Below, in pieces: positions 7,888 through 16,958 of a DNA stretch of 58,460 nt. The translations under genes were made by a program, and so were the position numbers. The notes beneath the pieces were generated by a model that was given only the letters and a program-made list of their open reading frames with translations, was not told the origin of the DNA and did not search any database. Each line of letters starts with the position of its first letter. The stretch's first letter is position 1. Source of the DNA: a virus (Duplodnaviria > Caudoviricetes); IMG/VR virus record IMGVR_UViG_3300008116_000046, positions 1 to 58,460 of that record; one strand, written 5' to 3'.

Positions 7888-8276
7888 TGAAAGATCAAGT
7901 TCTTGATTTGATTCAACAATACTGCGATATTCTTCGCACCAATTTCCAAACTTATTCAATTAAACAACACCAGAACAAAATTGAAGTCGGTGAAAATGTA
8001 GAGTATCACCGAGAGCAGATTGATAAATTGTCTGAAGGTGAAGGTCTATACAGATACTACTTTGAAAAAGGAAGAAAGTACGCACGGATCATAATGCAAA
8101 CGCCAGAAGGACAAAGAAGTGCTCACGCATTTGTAGATATGAATACTGCTGATGTATATAAAGCAGCATCTTGGAAAGGTCCAGCAAAAGGTATTCGTTA
8201 TAATCTCCTTGATGATAAATCAAAGGAAGAAATGTATAAACGTGCAGATTGGTCTGGCGGACATCTATACGCCTGA
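7887..8276 (+). CDS. Conserved-type phage hypothetical protein
   Basis: GRKY..I...SAHAFVD...VYKAASWKGPAKG.RYNL motif. Confidence 0.8.
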   Translation: MKDQVLDLIQQYCDILRTNFQTYSIKQHQNKIEVGENVEYHREQIDKLSEGEGLYRYYFEKGRKYARIIMQTPEGQRSAHAFVDMNTADVYKAASWKGPAKGIRYNLLDDKSKEEMYKRADWSGGHLYA

Positions 8277-8333
8277 GGACACTTGTTCTAGTGGCACTGT
8301 AATCTCCCACAGTGCCCTCTGATTCCCTATAAT
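8276..8333 (+). promoter_or_regulatory. Palindrome-promoter element 8
   Basis: AGGACAC-N8-GTGGCAC, 30 bp, TATAAT. Confidence 0.75.
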
Positions 8334-8355
8334 ACAAAGACACAAGCAAACCAAA

Positions 8356-8958
8356 ATGTTTCCCCCAATTCTTGTCGAGGTTGTTTCTTTTTTGAATGGC
8401 ATAAATGTCGATATCAGTGAAAATCATGAAGATGGGCGTGTGAATAGTATTCATGATGAAAAAACTGTTATTGATATTCTTGAAGAAAAATATGGAAAAG
8501 AAAATGTCATTAGACCTAAAGTAAGGGATTGGTGGGATGTAAAACTTTTTGGTTATGTTACAAACATCAAATCTTCCAAGTTTGGATCTGCTGCAGATAA
8601 TTTCACTTCTAAAGCATCTGTTGTTTATGCTCTGACTGATCTCGATGAGAGTGAGGTTAAAAAACATACTTGGAAGCAATTTGAATCTGCATTGAAGAAT
8701 CATAGTAATGCTGACAATAATAGAGATTATTACATTCTAGCTCTTAACAAAGTTACAAATGAGGTACATCTTGCTTCTTTGAAGACTTTGGCTAAGATTA
8801 CTTCTAATGGTAGTAATCTGCTTTTTCAAATTGAGTGGCGTCGGAATACCAAACCTGTTTATCGTACTCATCGACAAGCATATGAGTTTCTGGTAGAATG
8901 CTACAAACAATCCGTTCGTAAAAAGATCAGCGCCCATGATGGATTTGAGTCGCTTTGA
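8356..8958 (+). CDS. Putative type II restriction endonuclease (PD-(D/E)xK-like)
   Basis: 200 aa; overlaps the MTase start; EDGRVNS..DE and WWD...NIK candidate catalytic pattern. Confidence 0.5.
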   Translation: MFPPILVEVVSFLNGINVDISENHEDGRVNSIHDEKTVIDILEEKYGKENVIRPKVRDWWDVKLFGYVTNIKSSKFGSAADNFTSKASVVYALTDLDESEVKKHTWKQFESALKNHSNADNNRDYYILALNKVTNEVHLASLKTLAKITSNGSNLLFQIEWRRNTKPVYRTHRQAYEFLVECYKQSVRKKISAHDGFESL

Positions 8959-9721
8959 GTTGCAACTAGGTAATTGTCTGGAACTCATGAAAGAGATTCC
9001 AGACAATTCTATTGATTTTATCTGTTGCGATCCTCCTTATGGGACTACAAGCATCAAATGGGATGAGGTAATTGACTTCCATAAAATGTGGGAACAATAT
9101 GAAAGAATTATCAAACCAAAAGGAATAGTTTGTTTATTTGGTTCTCAACCATTTTCTGCACAACTTATTTGTTCTAAAATTGATTGGTTTAGATATGAAT
9201 TAGTTTGGAACAAAAACAAATGTGGTTCTCCTGGTCTTGCAAAACACAGACCTATGAAAACGCACGAAAATATCCTTATTTTTTCAAAAAAACCTGGTGG
9301 AACTTATAATCCACAAATGGAAAGGGGAGAACCATATTCAAGAACATCAAAAAACCCAGAAGGATATGTTGGAAAAAAGAATGATCACAATTATGGTCTA
9401 AAACCAAGAAAATCTTTCACAAATGAAGGGACAAGATATCCAAAATCAATCTTAAACATCTCTAGAGATTTTAGTGCTCAACAACAGGTTCATCCAACAC
9501 AAAAACCAGTTCCTCTTCTTGAATGGTTGATTAAAACATATTCAAATGAAAATGAGACTGTATTAGATAATTGTATGGGAAGTGGAAGTTGTGGAGTTGC
9601 TGCAATAAATCTTAACCGCAAATTTATTGGAATAGAAATGGATCCCAATTATTTCAAAGTTTCTGAAGATAGGATAAAAATTGCATCAAATGCGAAACCT
9701 TTAGATAGTTTTTTTGAATGA
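8936..9721 (+). CDS. DNA amino-methyltransferase (N6A/N4C, beta class)
   Basis: DPPY motif IV N-terminal; HPTQKP; VLDNCMGSGS motif I C-terminal; FIGIE. Confidence 0.93.
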   Translation: MMDLSRFELQLGNCLELMKEIPDNSIDFICCDPPYGTTSIKWDEVIDFHKMWEQYERIIKPKGIVCLFGSQPFSAQLICSKIDWFRYELVWNKNKCGSPGLAKHRPMKTHENILIFSKKPGGTYNPQMERGEPYSRTSKNPEGYVGKKNDHNYGLKPRKSFTNEGTRYPKSILNISRDFSAQQQVHPTQKPVPLLEWLIKTYSNENETVLDNCMGSGSCGVAAINLNRKFIGIEMDPNYFKVSEDRIKIASNAKPLDSFFE

Positions 9722-9729
9722 CTACCAAG

Positions 9730-9787
9730 GTGCCAGTCGTAGCACTGGCACAGTAAAAGAGCACAGACCCCCCTGATGCCCTATAAT
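9730..9787 (+). promoter_or_regulatory. Palindrome-promoter element 9
   Basis: GTGCCAG-N8-CTGGCAC then AGTAAAAGAGCACAGACCCC; TATAAT 30 bp after the palindrome. Confidence 0.8.
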
Positions 9788-9813
9788 ACAGGGACACAAG
9801 CAAAGGAGACCTG

Positions 9814-10065
9814 ATGATTGTTTCTGAAGTGTTCCATTACACTACTTCCCGTTGGGATTGGCACGATTGTAATGTGAATCAGATGTGGATTGAAGAGATT
9901 GAAGAATCTCCTGATTGCTACCGTTATATTGCTGTTGCTTACAATCCTCGCAAGGATGCAAGTATGGTGATGAGTGAACCTCGTTGCTATGCTGATACCT
10001 TGAACTGGGTTCGTATTTGGTGCAACTCTTTCTGCATCCTTCCTGAGTTCTCTGTTGCTGTTTGA
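9814..10065 (+). CDS. Hypothetical protein
   Basis: AGGAG RBS; first gene after element 9. Confidence 0.7.
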   Translation: MIVSEVFHYTTSRWDWHDCNVNQMWIEEIEESPDCYRYIAVAYNPRKDASMVMSEPRCYADTLNWVRIWCNSFCILPEFSVAV

Positions 10066-10254
10066 TTGATTATGACTTACACGCAACAAATTAACATTTT
10101 AATTGCACAAACTCTTGAGAAGTTGCAAGAGTTAAATCCAGAACGTTATGGTGTTTGGTATAGCAAACTGTATCCTCCTTTTGGTGATAAAGAGAACTGG
10201 AATATAAAAACTCTCCACACACTTGAACAACTGTTGATTGATTACGCTAACTGA
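10066..10254 (+). CDS. Hypothetical protein
   Basis: Tandem ORF. Confidence 0.6.
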   Translation: MIMTYTQQINILIAQTLEKLQELNPERYGVWYSKLYPPFGDKENWNIKTLHTLEQLLIDYAN

Positions 10255-10256
10255 TT

Positions 10257-10562
10257 ATGACTATCACCTTCCCCCGTCTGTCTGCTGGAATCTACGAGAT
10301 TCAAAAGAATTCTAACACAGTTGGTTTCATCCGTAAAGCAAATGCTACTAAATGGATTGTTGCTGATGTTGTAGATACTCCTCAACACGTCTCTAAAACC
10401 CTCAAAGATGCAAAGGATGCTTGTATCAATCTAATCATCTTTGATAAGGTAGTTGACAAGATCTCTGATAGTAAGTACAATACCTTTGTCGAGGTTGATA
10501 GGAATGATCTAGGTACTTCTAAGGTATTCAAAGAACCAACTCTAGATCCTATCTTATTCTGA
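10257..10562 (+). CDS. Hypothetical protein
   Basis: Tandem ORF; stop abuts element 10. Confidence 0.65.
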   Translation: MTITFPRLSAGIYEIQKNSNTVGFIRKANATKWIVADVVDTPQHVSKTLKDAKDACINLIIFDKVVDKISDSKYNTFVEVDRNDLGTSKVFKEPTLDPILF

Positions 10563-10620
10563 GTGCCACTTGTGGAACCGTCCAGCATCTCTCCCAAACC
10601 CACGGGAGGGGTGCTATACT
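10563..10620 (+). promoter_or_regulatory. Palindrome-promoter element 10
   Basis: GTGCCAC-N8-CCGTCCA, 30 bp, TATACT with TG extension. Confidence 0.7.
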
Positions 10621-10646
10621 GTATGAATACAAACGTTAATTGATTG

Positions 10647-11879
10647 ATGCTGACTCTTCTTCCTTATCAACAACGTGCCCTTGATGCTGTGCAGAAAGCA
10701 ATCAGGGGTTCTGTGTATATTCCTACTGGTGGTGGGAAGACTGTTGTGATGATGGAAGATGCCCGTCAACGTGTTCTTAATGCACTAGAACCGATGACGT
10801 TTGTTGTTGTTGCACCTCGAATCCTGCTTGCAAATCAACTCTGTTCAGAGTTCGAAGAATATCTCAAAGACCAGAATGTTGCTTATATGCACGTTCATAG
10901 TGGAGAAACTCATCATCAATCCTCTACACGTTCAGCAGTCATTGCAGAATATAATGACACTGCAATCGGAAGTGGTAAGCATCAGTTCATCTTCACCACT
11001 TACAATTCAATTCAACGGGTGAATGATGCAGATATTAACATTGATGTTGTGTATTTCGATGAAGCACATCACTGTGTGAAACCATCTAACTTTGTGGGTA
11101 TTGCTCACACTTCAGCAGTTGCAAATAATGCTTATTTCTTCACTGCAACTCCGAAGTTCAATAACAGCAAGGAGTCGATGAACAATACTGATGTGTATGG
11201 TAATAATATCATCAGTATTCCTGCACAAGAACTGATTGAGGCAGGTAGTATCATTCCTCCTCGGGTTGTGCCTTATGAAGCACAAACTATCCGCACCAAA
11301 GAGAATGCACCTTTTGTAGATGCAGAGAACATTGTAGGTATTCTCTCAGAGATTTCTGATTGTGATGCACCCAAAGTTCTTGTTGCTGCTCCCAGCACCA
11401 AAGTAATTTGGGCAATGTTCACTGAGAGTGATTTGCTGCAACAACTCAATGATATGGGTTATACCATTATGCACATCACATCTAAGCACGGTGCATATAT
11501 TGATAAGAAGAAAGTATCCCGTGAGGTATTCTTTGACACAATGAATGAGTTTGGTGCTGACCCTGACAAGAAGTTCATTGTGTTTCACTATTCGATTATG
11601 AGTGAGGGTATTAGTATTCAAGGTCTTACGCATTGCATTATGCTTCGCAATCTTCCTATGATTGAAATGTGTCAGACTATTGGTAGGGTTATTCGAGTTC
11701 ATAAGGATGATCGAAAAGCAATCGCATCTGGTGAAATGAAAGCAGGGGAGTTTGCTTTCTACAAGAAACCATTTGGAACTATCACTATTCCTGTGAATAA
11801 CAACTATGGAGATAGGATTGCTCGGCAACTTCAGAGTGTCATTGACACTGTATTTGTCAAAGGTGAGGTTGTTGCATAA
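10647..11879 (+). CDS. Superfamily 2 DExH helicase (ResIII-like)
   Basis: Q motif PYQ; PTGGGKT; DEAHH; TAT; QTIGRVIR. Confidence 0.9.
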   Translation: MLTLLPYQQRALDAVQKAIRGSVYIPTGGGKTVVMMEDARQRVLNALEPMTFVVVAPRILLANQLCSEFEEYLKDQNVAYMHVHSGETHHQSSTRSAVIAEYNDTAIGSGKHQFIFTTYNSIQRVNDADINIDVVYFDEAHHCVKPSNFVGIAHTSAVANNAYFFTATPKFNNSKESMNNTDVYGNNIISIPAQELIEAGSIIPPRVVPYEAQTIRTKENAPFVDAENIVGILSEISDCDAPKVLVAAPSTKVIWAMFTESDLLQQLNDMGYTIMHITSKHGAYIDKKKVSREVFFDTMNEFGADPDKKFIVFHYSIMSEGISIQGLTHCIMLRNLPMIEMCQTIGRVIRVHKDDRKAIASGEMKAGEFAFYKKPFGTITIPVNNNYGDRIARQLQSVIDTVFVKGEVVA

Positions 11880-11905
11880 ATCTCTATACACTACAATCGA
11901 ATATA

Positions 11906-12070
11906 ATGCCATTCTCAAAGAAGTTTCCCAAATCAGGTGAAACAAAACATATCAGAGTTCCAGTTGTTTATGCTGACCTAGTATTAGAACTTATGGAACT
12001 CTTTGAATCTAGATTTGAACCTGATAAGGGGAAACATCTACTGAAGAAATACATAAGCAATCTCAGTTGA
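11906..12070 (+). CDS. 54-aa putative ribbon-helix-helix DNA-binding protein
   Basis: MPFSKKFPKSGETKHIRVPVVYADLVLELMELF: TKHIRVP strand followed by amphipathic helices. Confidence 0.5.
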   Translation: MPFSKKFPKSGETKHIRVPVVYADLVLELMELFESRFEPDKGKHLLKKYISNLS

Positions 12071-12085
12071 GATTCAGTTGGGACT

Positions 12086-12142
12086 GTGCCACTTGTAGGG
12101 GTGGCACACTAAAAGAGCACAGACCCCAAAATCTGGTATAGT
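12086..12142 (+). promoter_or_regulatory. Palindrome-promoter element 11
   Basis: GTGCCAC-N8-GTGGCAC then ACTAAAAGAGCACAGACCCC; TATAGT 29 bp after the palindrome. Confidence 0.8.
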
Positions 12143-12336
12143 AGTTCTATGGTTGAGGAAGACCTCCAATGACTTACGTTCCACACATTCCACATAACAT
12201 TCCTTATTTGCGAGTTCCTGAGAATCGTGTGAATCTTGTTTCTGATTGGTATTCCAGGAAACAAGATCATCCAATGAACTTTCCTGCTTATGCTTATTGG
12301 ATTCAAGAGTGTGAGAATGATGGGAGTGATTACTGA

Positions 12337-12534
12337 TTGATGACTAACACTAACACAATGCTCGATAAAGTTCTTATGGTTGAAGAATTGCTGAACGAAA
12401 AGCAACTTAATGCTCTCCGTGACATTCTCTACTTCTACAAGGAGTTTGAGAATGAGTTGTATAACTATCCTCCTGAAGATACACTCTTCACTAAAACTCA
12501 ATTCGAAATCTTCGACATTTTTGACATCAAATGA
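12337..12534 (+). CDS. Hypothetical protein
   Basis: Tandem coupled ORF. Confidence 0.6.
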   Translation: MMTNTNTMLDKVLMVEELLNEKQLNALRDILYFYKEFENELYNYPPEDTLFTKTQFEIFDIFDIK

Positions 12535-12761
12535 CTTTCATTGAAGCACTCATCGCATCTGGTTATGTATTTGATGATGAGAATTATGATGGTTGTTATG
12601 TAAAACAAGACTCGGAAGGTTTCATTCACTGTTATCAGGAAAATGTGGAGGATGAGACTGATAAGGAGTGGAATTATGTTAAGATGACAGAAGATTTCGA
12701 TGTTATCATTGAAACTAGTGTCAATGTTGATGACAACTGCCTTCCCAATTCTGCACAATGA
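12531..12761 (+). CDS. Acidic hypothetical protein
   Basis: ATGA coupling. Confidence 0.65.
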   Translation: MTFIEALIASGYVFDDENYDGCYVKQDSEGFIHCYQENVEDETDKEWNYVKMTEDFDVIIETSVNVDDNCLPNSAQ

Positions 12762-12967
12762 CTTCAATCTCTTTTACTTCTGGTGAGTTGCTAGACATTA
12801 TCTCTGCACTTGAAGAAAAGGAAAATCTTGCTTACCTTGTGGATTATGACCCAGGACTTGCTGCTTATTATATGAATCTTGGAAATCAATTCCAACGGAT
12901 TTATGATAAGTTGCAGGATTTTGTTCCTGAGAACCGAGTTGCCAACCTTGTCCTTGCTGTGAATTGA
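12758..12967 (+). CDS. Hypothetical protein
   Basis: ATGA coupling. Confidence 0.65.
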   Translation: MTSISFTSGELLDIISALEEKENLAYLVDYDPGLAAYYMNLGNQFQRIYDKLQDFVPENRVANLVLAVN

Positions 12968-13239
12968 TGACTATGCAAATCCACAATCTGATTATTCTTT
13001 CTACTGCTCACCTGCATCCATTGGAAGCAGCAAAGATTGATGAGTATGCTTATGTTGGAAACAAAGAATGTGCTCTTGTTTCTACTGTTTCAGAGATGAG
13101 GGATTTCTATTATAAGGGTGGATTGGTTTGCTTGTGCGACCTGTTGAAATTGGTGCAAGAAAGGTATAATGTAAAATATGTACTTTTTGACCCCGATGCA
13201 GATACTAATAATGATGAGTTCAAGTATTATGATTGGTGA
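12964..13239 (+). CDS. Hypothetical protein (LSTAHL...FDPDA)
   Basis: Coupled ORF. Confidence 0.65.
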   Translation: MMTMQIHNLIILSTAHLHPLEAAKIDEYAYVGNKECALVSTVSEMRDFYYKGGLVCLCDLLKLVQERYNVKYVLFDPDADTNNDEFKYYDW

Positions 13240-13408
13240 ATCTCTATGAACTACCTTTGTTTGGTTGATGGTGTGGTAGAATACGGGAGCACCAGTCTCT
13301 CTGACTTCGCACACTATCAGTTGGTGTATGCTGAAAACCACAGTGATGCTGATGTTCAGTATCTTACTCTAACTGATGAAGAGTATTCTAACTTGTTCCC
13401 TGTAGAAG

Positions 13409-13594
13409 ATGATGAAACCTAGATTCCGTGTTGTATTAGAAAGAGCAATCGAGGATGGTGCAAGGTATGGATACCACCGTGCCTTTAAGCATACTTCAGA
13501 ACCACACGATGATGCTGTTATTGATAACATCGTAACTGAAATCTTTAACTCACTCGACACTTGGTTTGAGGACGTAAATGATGTTGAAAACTAA
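13409..13594 (+). CDS. Hypothetical protein (GYHRAFKH)
   Basis: Clean ORF. Confidence 0.65.
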   Translation: MMKPRFRVVLERAIEDGARYGYHRAFKHTSEPHDDAVIDNIVTEIFNSLDTWFEDVNDVEN

Positions 13595-13976
13595 AATGAA
13601 CCCTGAAGTGAAGCAGAAGTGGATTGGTGCTCTGCGTTCTGGTAAATACGAACAAGGCACTGAGAAACTCCGCAGTGTGAGTGGTTATTGTTGCCTTGGT
13701 GTTCTGTGTGACCTTTACGCACAAGAACACAATACTGAATGGGAGTTTAGAGGTAATGAAGAAACAAATCTTCAACCTCAAGACTATTGGTATTTTGATA
13801 AGGAAAGTGAGTTTCTACCTGAATCAGTAATGAATTGGGCGAAACTGTTCCGCAATCCTATGTTGCGTATTGAGGATGATGATGAAATGTTTGAAGTTAA
13901 TGAAGAGGTCTCTACGCTGAATGATGAAGGTTATAGTTTCTCTACGATTGCGGACCTAATTGAAGCACAGATGTGA
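13578..13976 (+). CDS. Conserved-type phage hypothetical protein
   Basis: W..ALRSG.Y.QG...CCLGVLCD...LND.G.SF..IAD.IE motif. Confidence 0.8.
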   Translation: MMLKTKMNPEVKQKWIGALRSGKYEQGTEKLRSVSGYCCLGVLCDLYAQEHNTEWEFRGNEETNLQPQDYWYFDKESEFLPESVMNWAKLFRNPMLRIEDDDEMFEVNEEVSTLNDEGYSFSTIADLIEAQM

Positions 13977-13995
13977 GTGAGACCAAGGTTGAGAT

Positions 13996-14052
13996 GTGCC
14001 ACTTGTACCACTGGCACACTAAAAGAGCACAGACCCCAAAACCTGGTATATT
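13996..14052 (+). promoter_or_regulatory. Palindrome-promoter element 12
   Basis: GTGCCAC-N8-CTGGCAC then ACTAAAAGAGCACAGACCCC; TATATT 29 bp after the palindrome. Confidence 0.8.
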
Positions 14053-14106
14053 AAAGGGGTGGTGAGGGATGGACCCAATCCACTCTGTTCTCTATTCTCT
14101 ACAACA

Positions 14107-14436
14107 ATGGAACTGACTAATTCTTTCCCCCCTGCGGATGCAATGGTAAAGAAAATCCAAGAGTTTAATTATGTGAAGTTTGGAGATAATGTAGTTAAGT
14201 ATTCTATTACTGCTTGTGCTATTGTAGTTGCTGTAAGTTCTTATCTTTGGACTGCATTTCAACTGTGGTGGGATGATAATGGTGAAGCAACGCAAGTTAA
14301 TCTCATTCGCTTTGTTGTGAATGTAATTGATTTCATTGCTGCGATTGTGATTGCTACTCCCAAAGTTTATCGCTGGGTGAAACTGAATAGCAATCGCCTG
14401 GTTGATTCCCTCTTCTTCCAATACACTTTCGCTTGA
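14107..14436 (+). CDS. Membrane protein
   Basis: ATG at 14107; two hydrophobic segments. Confidence 0.6.
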   Translation: MELTNSFPPADAMVKKIQEFNYVKFGDNVVKYSITACAIVVAVSSYLWTAFQLWWDDNGEATQVNLIRFVVNVIDFIAAIVIATPKVYRWVKLNSNRLVDSLFFQYTFA

Positions 14437-14693
14437 TTATGGCACGCACACTTCAACTACTCAAAGAATCTGTTGAGAGACTGATTTCTGAACAAGGTGC
14501 AGATGCTCCTGTTGCTGCATTTATTTTCACTCAGGAAGATGTATTTGAGATGGATGAAAATCTAGACCAACATCATCTTCCTTTGGATAAAGCAGAGCAA
14601 GTTCTAGATGAAATTGATTCTCTAGATTATATCTACGAACAAATCTTTGAGTGTATTGACGACCAAATTACTATGCTCAAGGTGAAATCTTGA
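14433..14693 (+). CDS. Hypothetical protein
   Basis: Tandem ORF; QGADAPVAAFIFT. Confidence 0.65.
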   Translation: MIMARTLQLLKESVERLISEQGADAPVAAFIFTQEDVFEMDENLDQHHLPLDKAEQVLDEIDSLDYIYEQIFECIDDQITMLKVKS

Positions 14694-14700
14694 CGCTGAT

Positions 14701-14759
14701 GTGCCACTAATCCTTGTGGCACATTACACGCCCCAAACCCCCGCTGGGGGTGCTACAAT
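14701..14759 (+). promoter_or_regulatory. Palindrome-promoter element 13
   Basis: Perfect GTGCCAC-N8-GTGGCAC, 31 bp, TACAAT with TG extension. Confidence 0.8.
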
Positions 14760-14786
14760 TACGAAGTAATCAAGGTTAAACACCAA

Positions 14787-15182
14787 ATGACTGCAACTCA
14801 AGTGGAACTCAAGTCTGAAACTCAAGATTTCATTGCTGAACTTGTTGAGAACTCTTACTCTGAAGAGGACATCTATGATTTCATTGAAGAGCAAGGTGAA
14901 GATAATCTTGTAAATTTCTATGAAGAGTATTGTGAGTTTGGCGAATCGTATTCTTATGATGCTGTAGATGCTTTTGTTGCTGAGTTTGGTATTCAGAGCA
15001 TTTCTGGTTTTGATGATGCTTATCGCGGTGAGTATTCCTCTAAAGCAGACTATGCAGAACAGTTTGTAACTGACTGTTATACCACTGATTTGCCTGGTTT
15101 TGTTGAGGTTGATTGGGAAGCAACTTTTGACAATATGGATTGTGTGTATGTTGATGGATTTGTGTTCGATACGCAATTCTGA
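14787..15182 (+). CDS. ArdA-like antirestriction (DNA mimic) protein
   Basis: Extremely D/E-rich; C-terminal FDDAYRGEYSS.ADYAE...VDWE....DGFVF matches the ArdA C-terminal pattern. Confidence 0.7.
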   Translation: MTATQVELKSETQDFIAELVENSYSEEDIYDFIEEQGEDNLVNFYEEYCEFGESYSYDAVDAFVAEFGIQSISGFDDAYRGEYSSKADYAEQFVTDCYTTDLPGFVEVDWEATFDNMDCVYVDGFVFDTQF

Positions 15183-15226
15183 TCCAATAGTTTCTCAATT
15201 TTAATTCACTTCAACTTAATCACTCA

Positions 15227-15475
15227 ATGAAACTTCAATCTAAAGATGGCAACATGGTGGTGGATTTCTACCCCATTCAAACTCCGATGGGTAATGTATC
15301 CGAAGAGTGGTTTCTGAAGACTTTGACCTTTATGGGTCAAAGTCAATCCAAGAAGTTTCTCAATCGAATTGAGATGAATCTTGAGGTTGAAGAGTATCTC
15401 AATCACACTATTCCGTATGAAGTTGTAGATTTCAATATGATTCCGCAACTTGCTAATCCTTTTGCTGAGGTTTGA
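15227..15475 (+). CDS. Hypothetical protein (MVVDFYP)
   Basis: Clean ORF. Confidence 0.65.
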   Translation: MKLQSKDGNMVVDFYPIQTPMGNVSEEWFLKTLTFMGQSQSKKFLNRIEMNLEVEEYLNHTIPYEVVDFNMIPQLANPFAEV

Positions 15476-15736
15476 TGATTACTCTTGTGATTGGTGGAGT
15501 TATTGTCTCTGCCTTTTTGATTCTTTTTTACCTTGAAGATAAAGATGGTGGTGGTCTTTATGACCCCGATCCATCTGCATCTTATCGACACAAAAAATCA
15601 AACAAATGAGAATTGCATTTCTGATTGCTACTCTTGCTCTTGGTCTTCGCTTTGGTTTGGTTGCACACGCAACAACCAATGAATATCAAGAACAACAAGC
15701 AGAAATGTTCTGTCAAGCAAACTCTAACTACTGCAA

Positions 15737-15940
15737 GTGATGAAATTTCAACTTGAAAAAATTGTGTTTGATTTTGATGATTCTGCTTCCTATGATAAGG
15801 AACCTGAATACTTTCAAACAATTATTGATGAAACTATGGACACCATTTGGGAGGTAGATGATGAAGAGGATCTTGTAGATGAGATCAGTGATGCAACGGG
15901 TTGGTGTATTAAATCTATTGTCTATTCTGAAACTTACTGA
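15737..15940 (+). CDS. Acidic hypothetical protein (DEEDLVDEISDATGWCI)
   Basis: Clean ORF. Confidence 0.65.
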   Translation: MMKFQLEKIVFDFDDSASYDKEPEYFQTIIDETMDTIWEVDDEEDLVDEISDATGWCIKSIVYSETY

Positions 15941-15951
15941 ATCCTACTGAA

Positions 15952-16137
15952 ATGACTGAAATCAACCGTCAAGAACTTGTTGAAGCATACATTGACCGTG
16001 TGCTTGATAATATGAGCACCAAAGATTTGATTCGGATTGTTGGAGACCAACTGGAAGAGGATCTTTCTACTTACAGTGATGATGAACTTCTAACTGAAGT
16101 TGAAGAATACTATCCTGAACTGCTGGAATCTGCCTGA
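15952..16137 (+). CDS. Acidic hypothetical protein (EEYYPELL)
   Basis: Clean ORF. Confidence 0.65.
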   Translation: MTEINRQELVEAYIDRVLDNMSTKDLIRIVGDQLEEDLSTYSDDELLTEVEEYYPELLESA

Positions 16138-16140
16138 TTC

Positions 16141-16400
16141 TCAACAGTTTCAGATGGACCGTCGATGAGATTGCGGTCAATGACCTAGGGCACCTGGACC
16201 CCAGATTGCAGGAAAATCCCAAATCAACAGTTTCACACGAGACTGCAATGGGACTGCATCCTGCGGTGGGGGGTGCCTGGATTGCAGGTGGAATTGAAGA
16301 AAACTCAAAGTTCTTCAACGGTCTCATTATGTGTCCCGCATAGGACTCAGGGGGGTTGGTGCTTCCTAGCAAAATCCAGTCCCACCGAGTCCAACTATGC
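16141..16400. ncRNA. Candidate structured non-coding element
   Basis: GC-rich 260-bp intergenic stretch with several nested complementary segments; no credible ORF. Confidence 0.35.
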
Positions 16401-16403
16401 GAT

Positions 16404-16460
16404 GTGCCACTTGTACCACTGACACACTAAAAGAGCACAGACCCCAAAAGGTGCTATATT
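16404..16460 (+). promoter_or_regulatory. Palindrome-promoter element 14
   Basis: GTGCCAC-N8-CTGACAC then ACTAAAAGAGCACAGACCCC; TATATT 29 bp after the palindrome. Confidence 0.8.
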
Positions 16461-16514
16461 AAGAGGGTGGAAGGGGTCAGACCCACCTACAAACGTCCAA
16501 CTAACTTAATTACA

Positions 16515-16712
16515 ATGACTGTTGATTTCTCCAAGGATGTTATGCTCGGTATGCTCCGCAAGGGTGCTACTGGTACTCAACTCCTGGATATTCTGAATAC
16601 CCTGGTTCCCGATCAAACTGAACTCACCCGTGAGTATGTTTGTGATCAACTGGGAATCGCTGATTGTCCCGAGAATGATGATGAGATTGCTGCTTATATG
16701 GCGGCGGTCTGA
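16515..16712 (+). CDS. Hypothetical protein
   Basis: ATG at 16515; followed by a GGGAGA-TTTT-TCTCCC hairpin. Confidence 0.65.
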   Translation: MTVDFSKDVMLGMLRKGATGTQLLDILNTLVPDQTELTREYVCDQLGIADCPENDDEIAAYMAAV

Positions 16713-16772
16713 GTTTAATTTGGGGGGAGATTTTTCTCCCCTCTGTGGTTAAGTTCTTTACTCTCAACTCCA

Positions 16773-16958
16773 ATGTTTGTTGCTTGCCCTGTTACTTTCA
16801 CTCTTGAAGATGGAGAGTGGTTTGATGAACTTGAAGATGCAAAAGAAGATGCGCTTGATTGGAGTGTTGAACTCTCTGGTGAGAATGTGATTGTTTATGA
16901 AGCAATCGAAGGTAATTATGGTTATGACTTCAAACCTGTAAGTTCTATTTGTGCTTGA
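16773..16958 (+). CDS. Acidic hypothetical protein
   Basis: Clean ORF. Confidence 0.6.
   Translation: MFVACPVTFTLEDGEWFDELEDAKEDALDWSVELSGENVIVYEAIEGNYGYDFKPVSSICA

Noticed and set aside
16067-16372. 101-aa minus-strand ORF over the GC-rich element
   Set aside because: No evident RBS or promoter, atypical composition, and it overlaps a + strand gene; better explained by stop-codon scarcity in GC-rich DNA.
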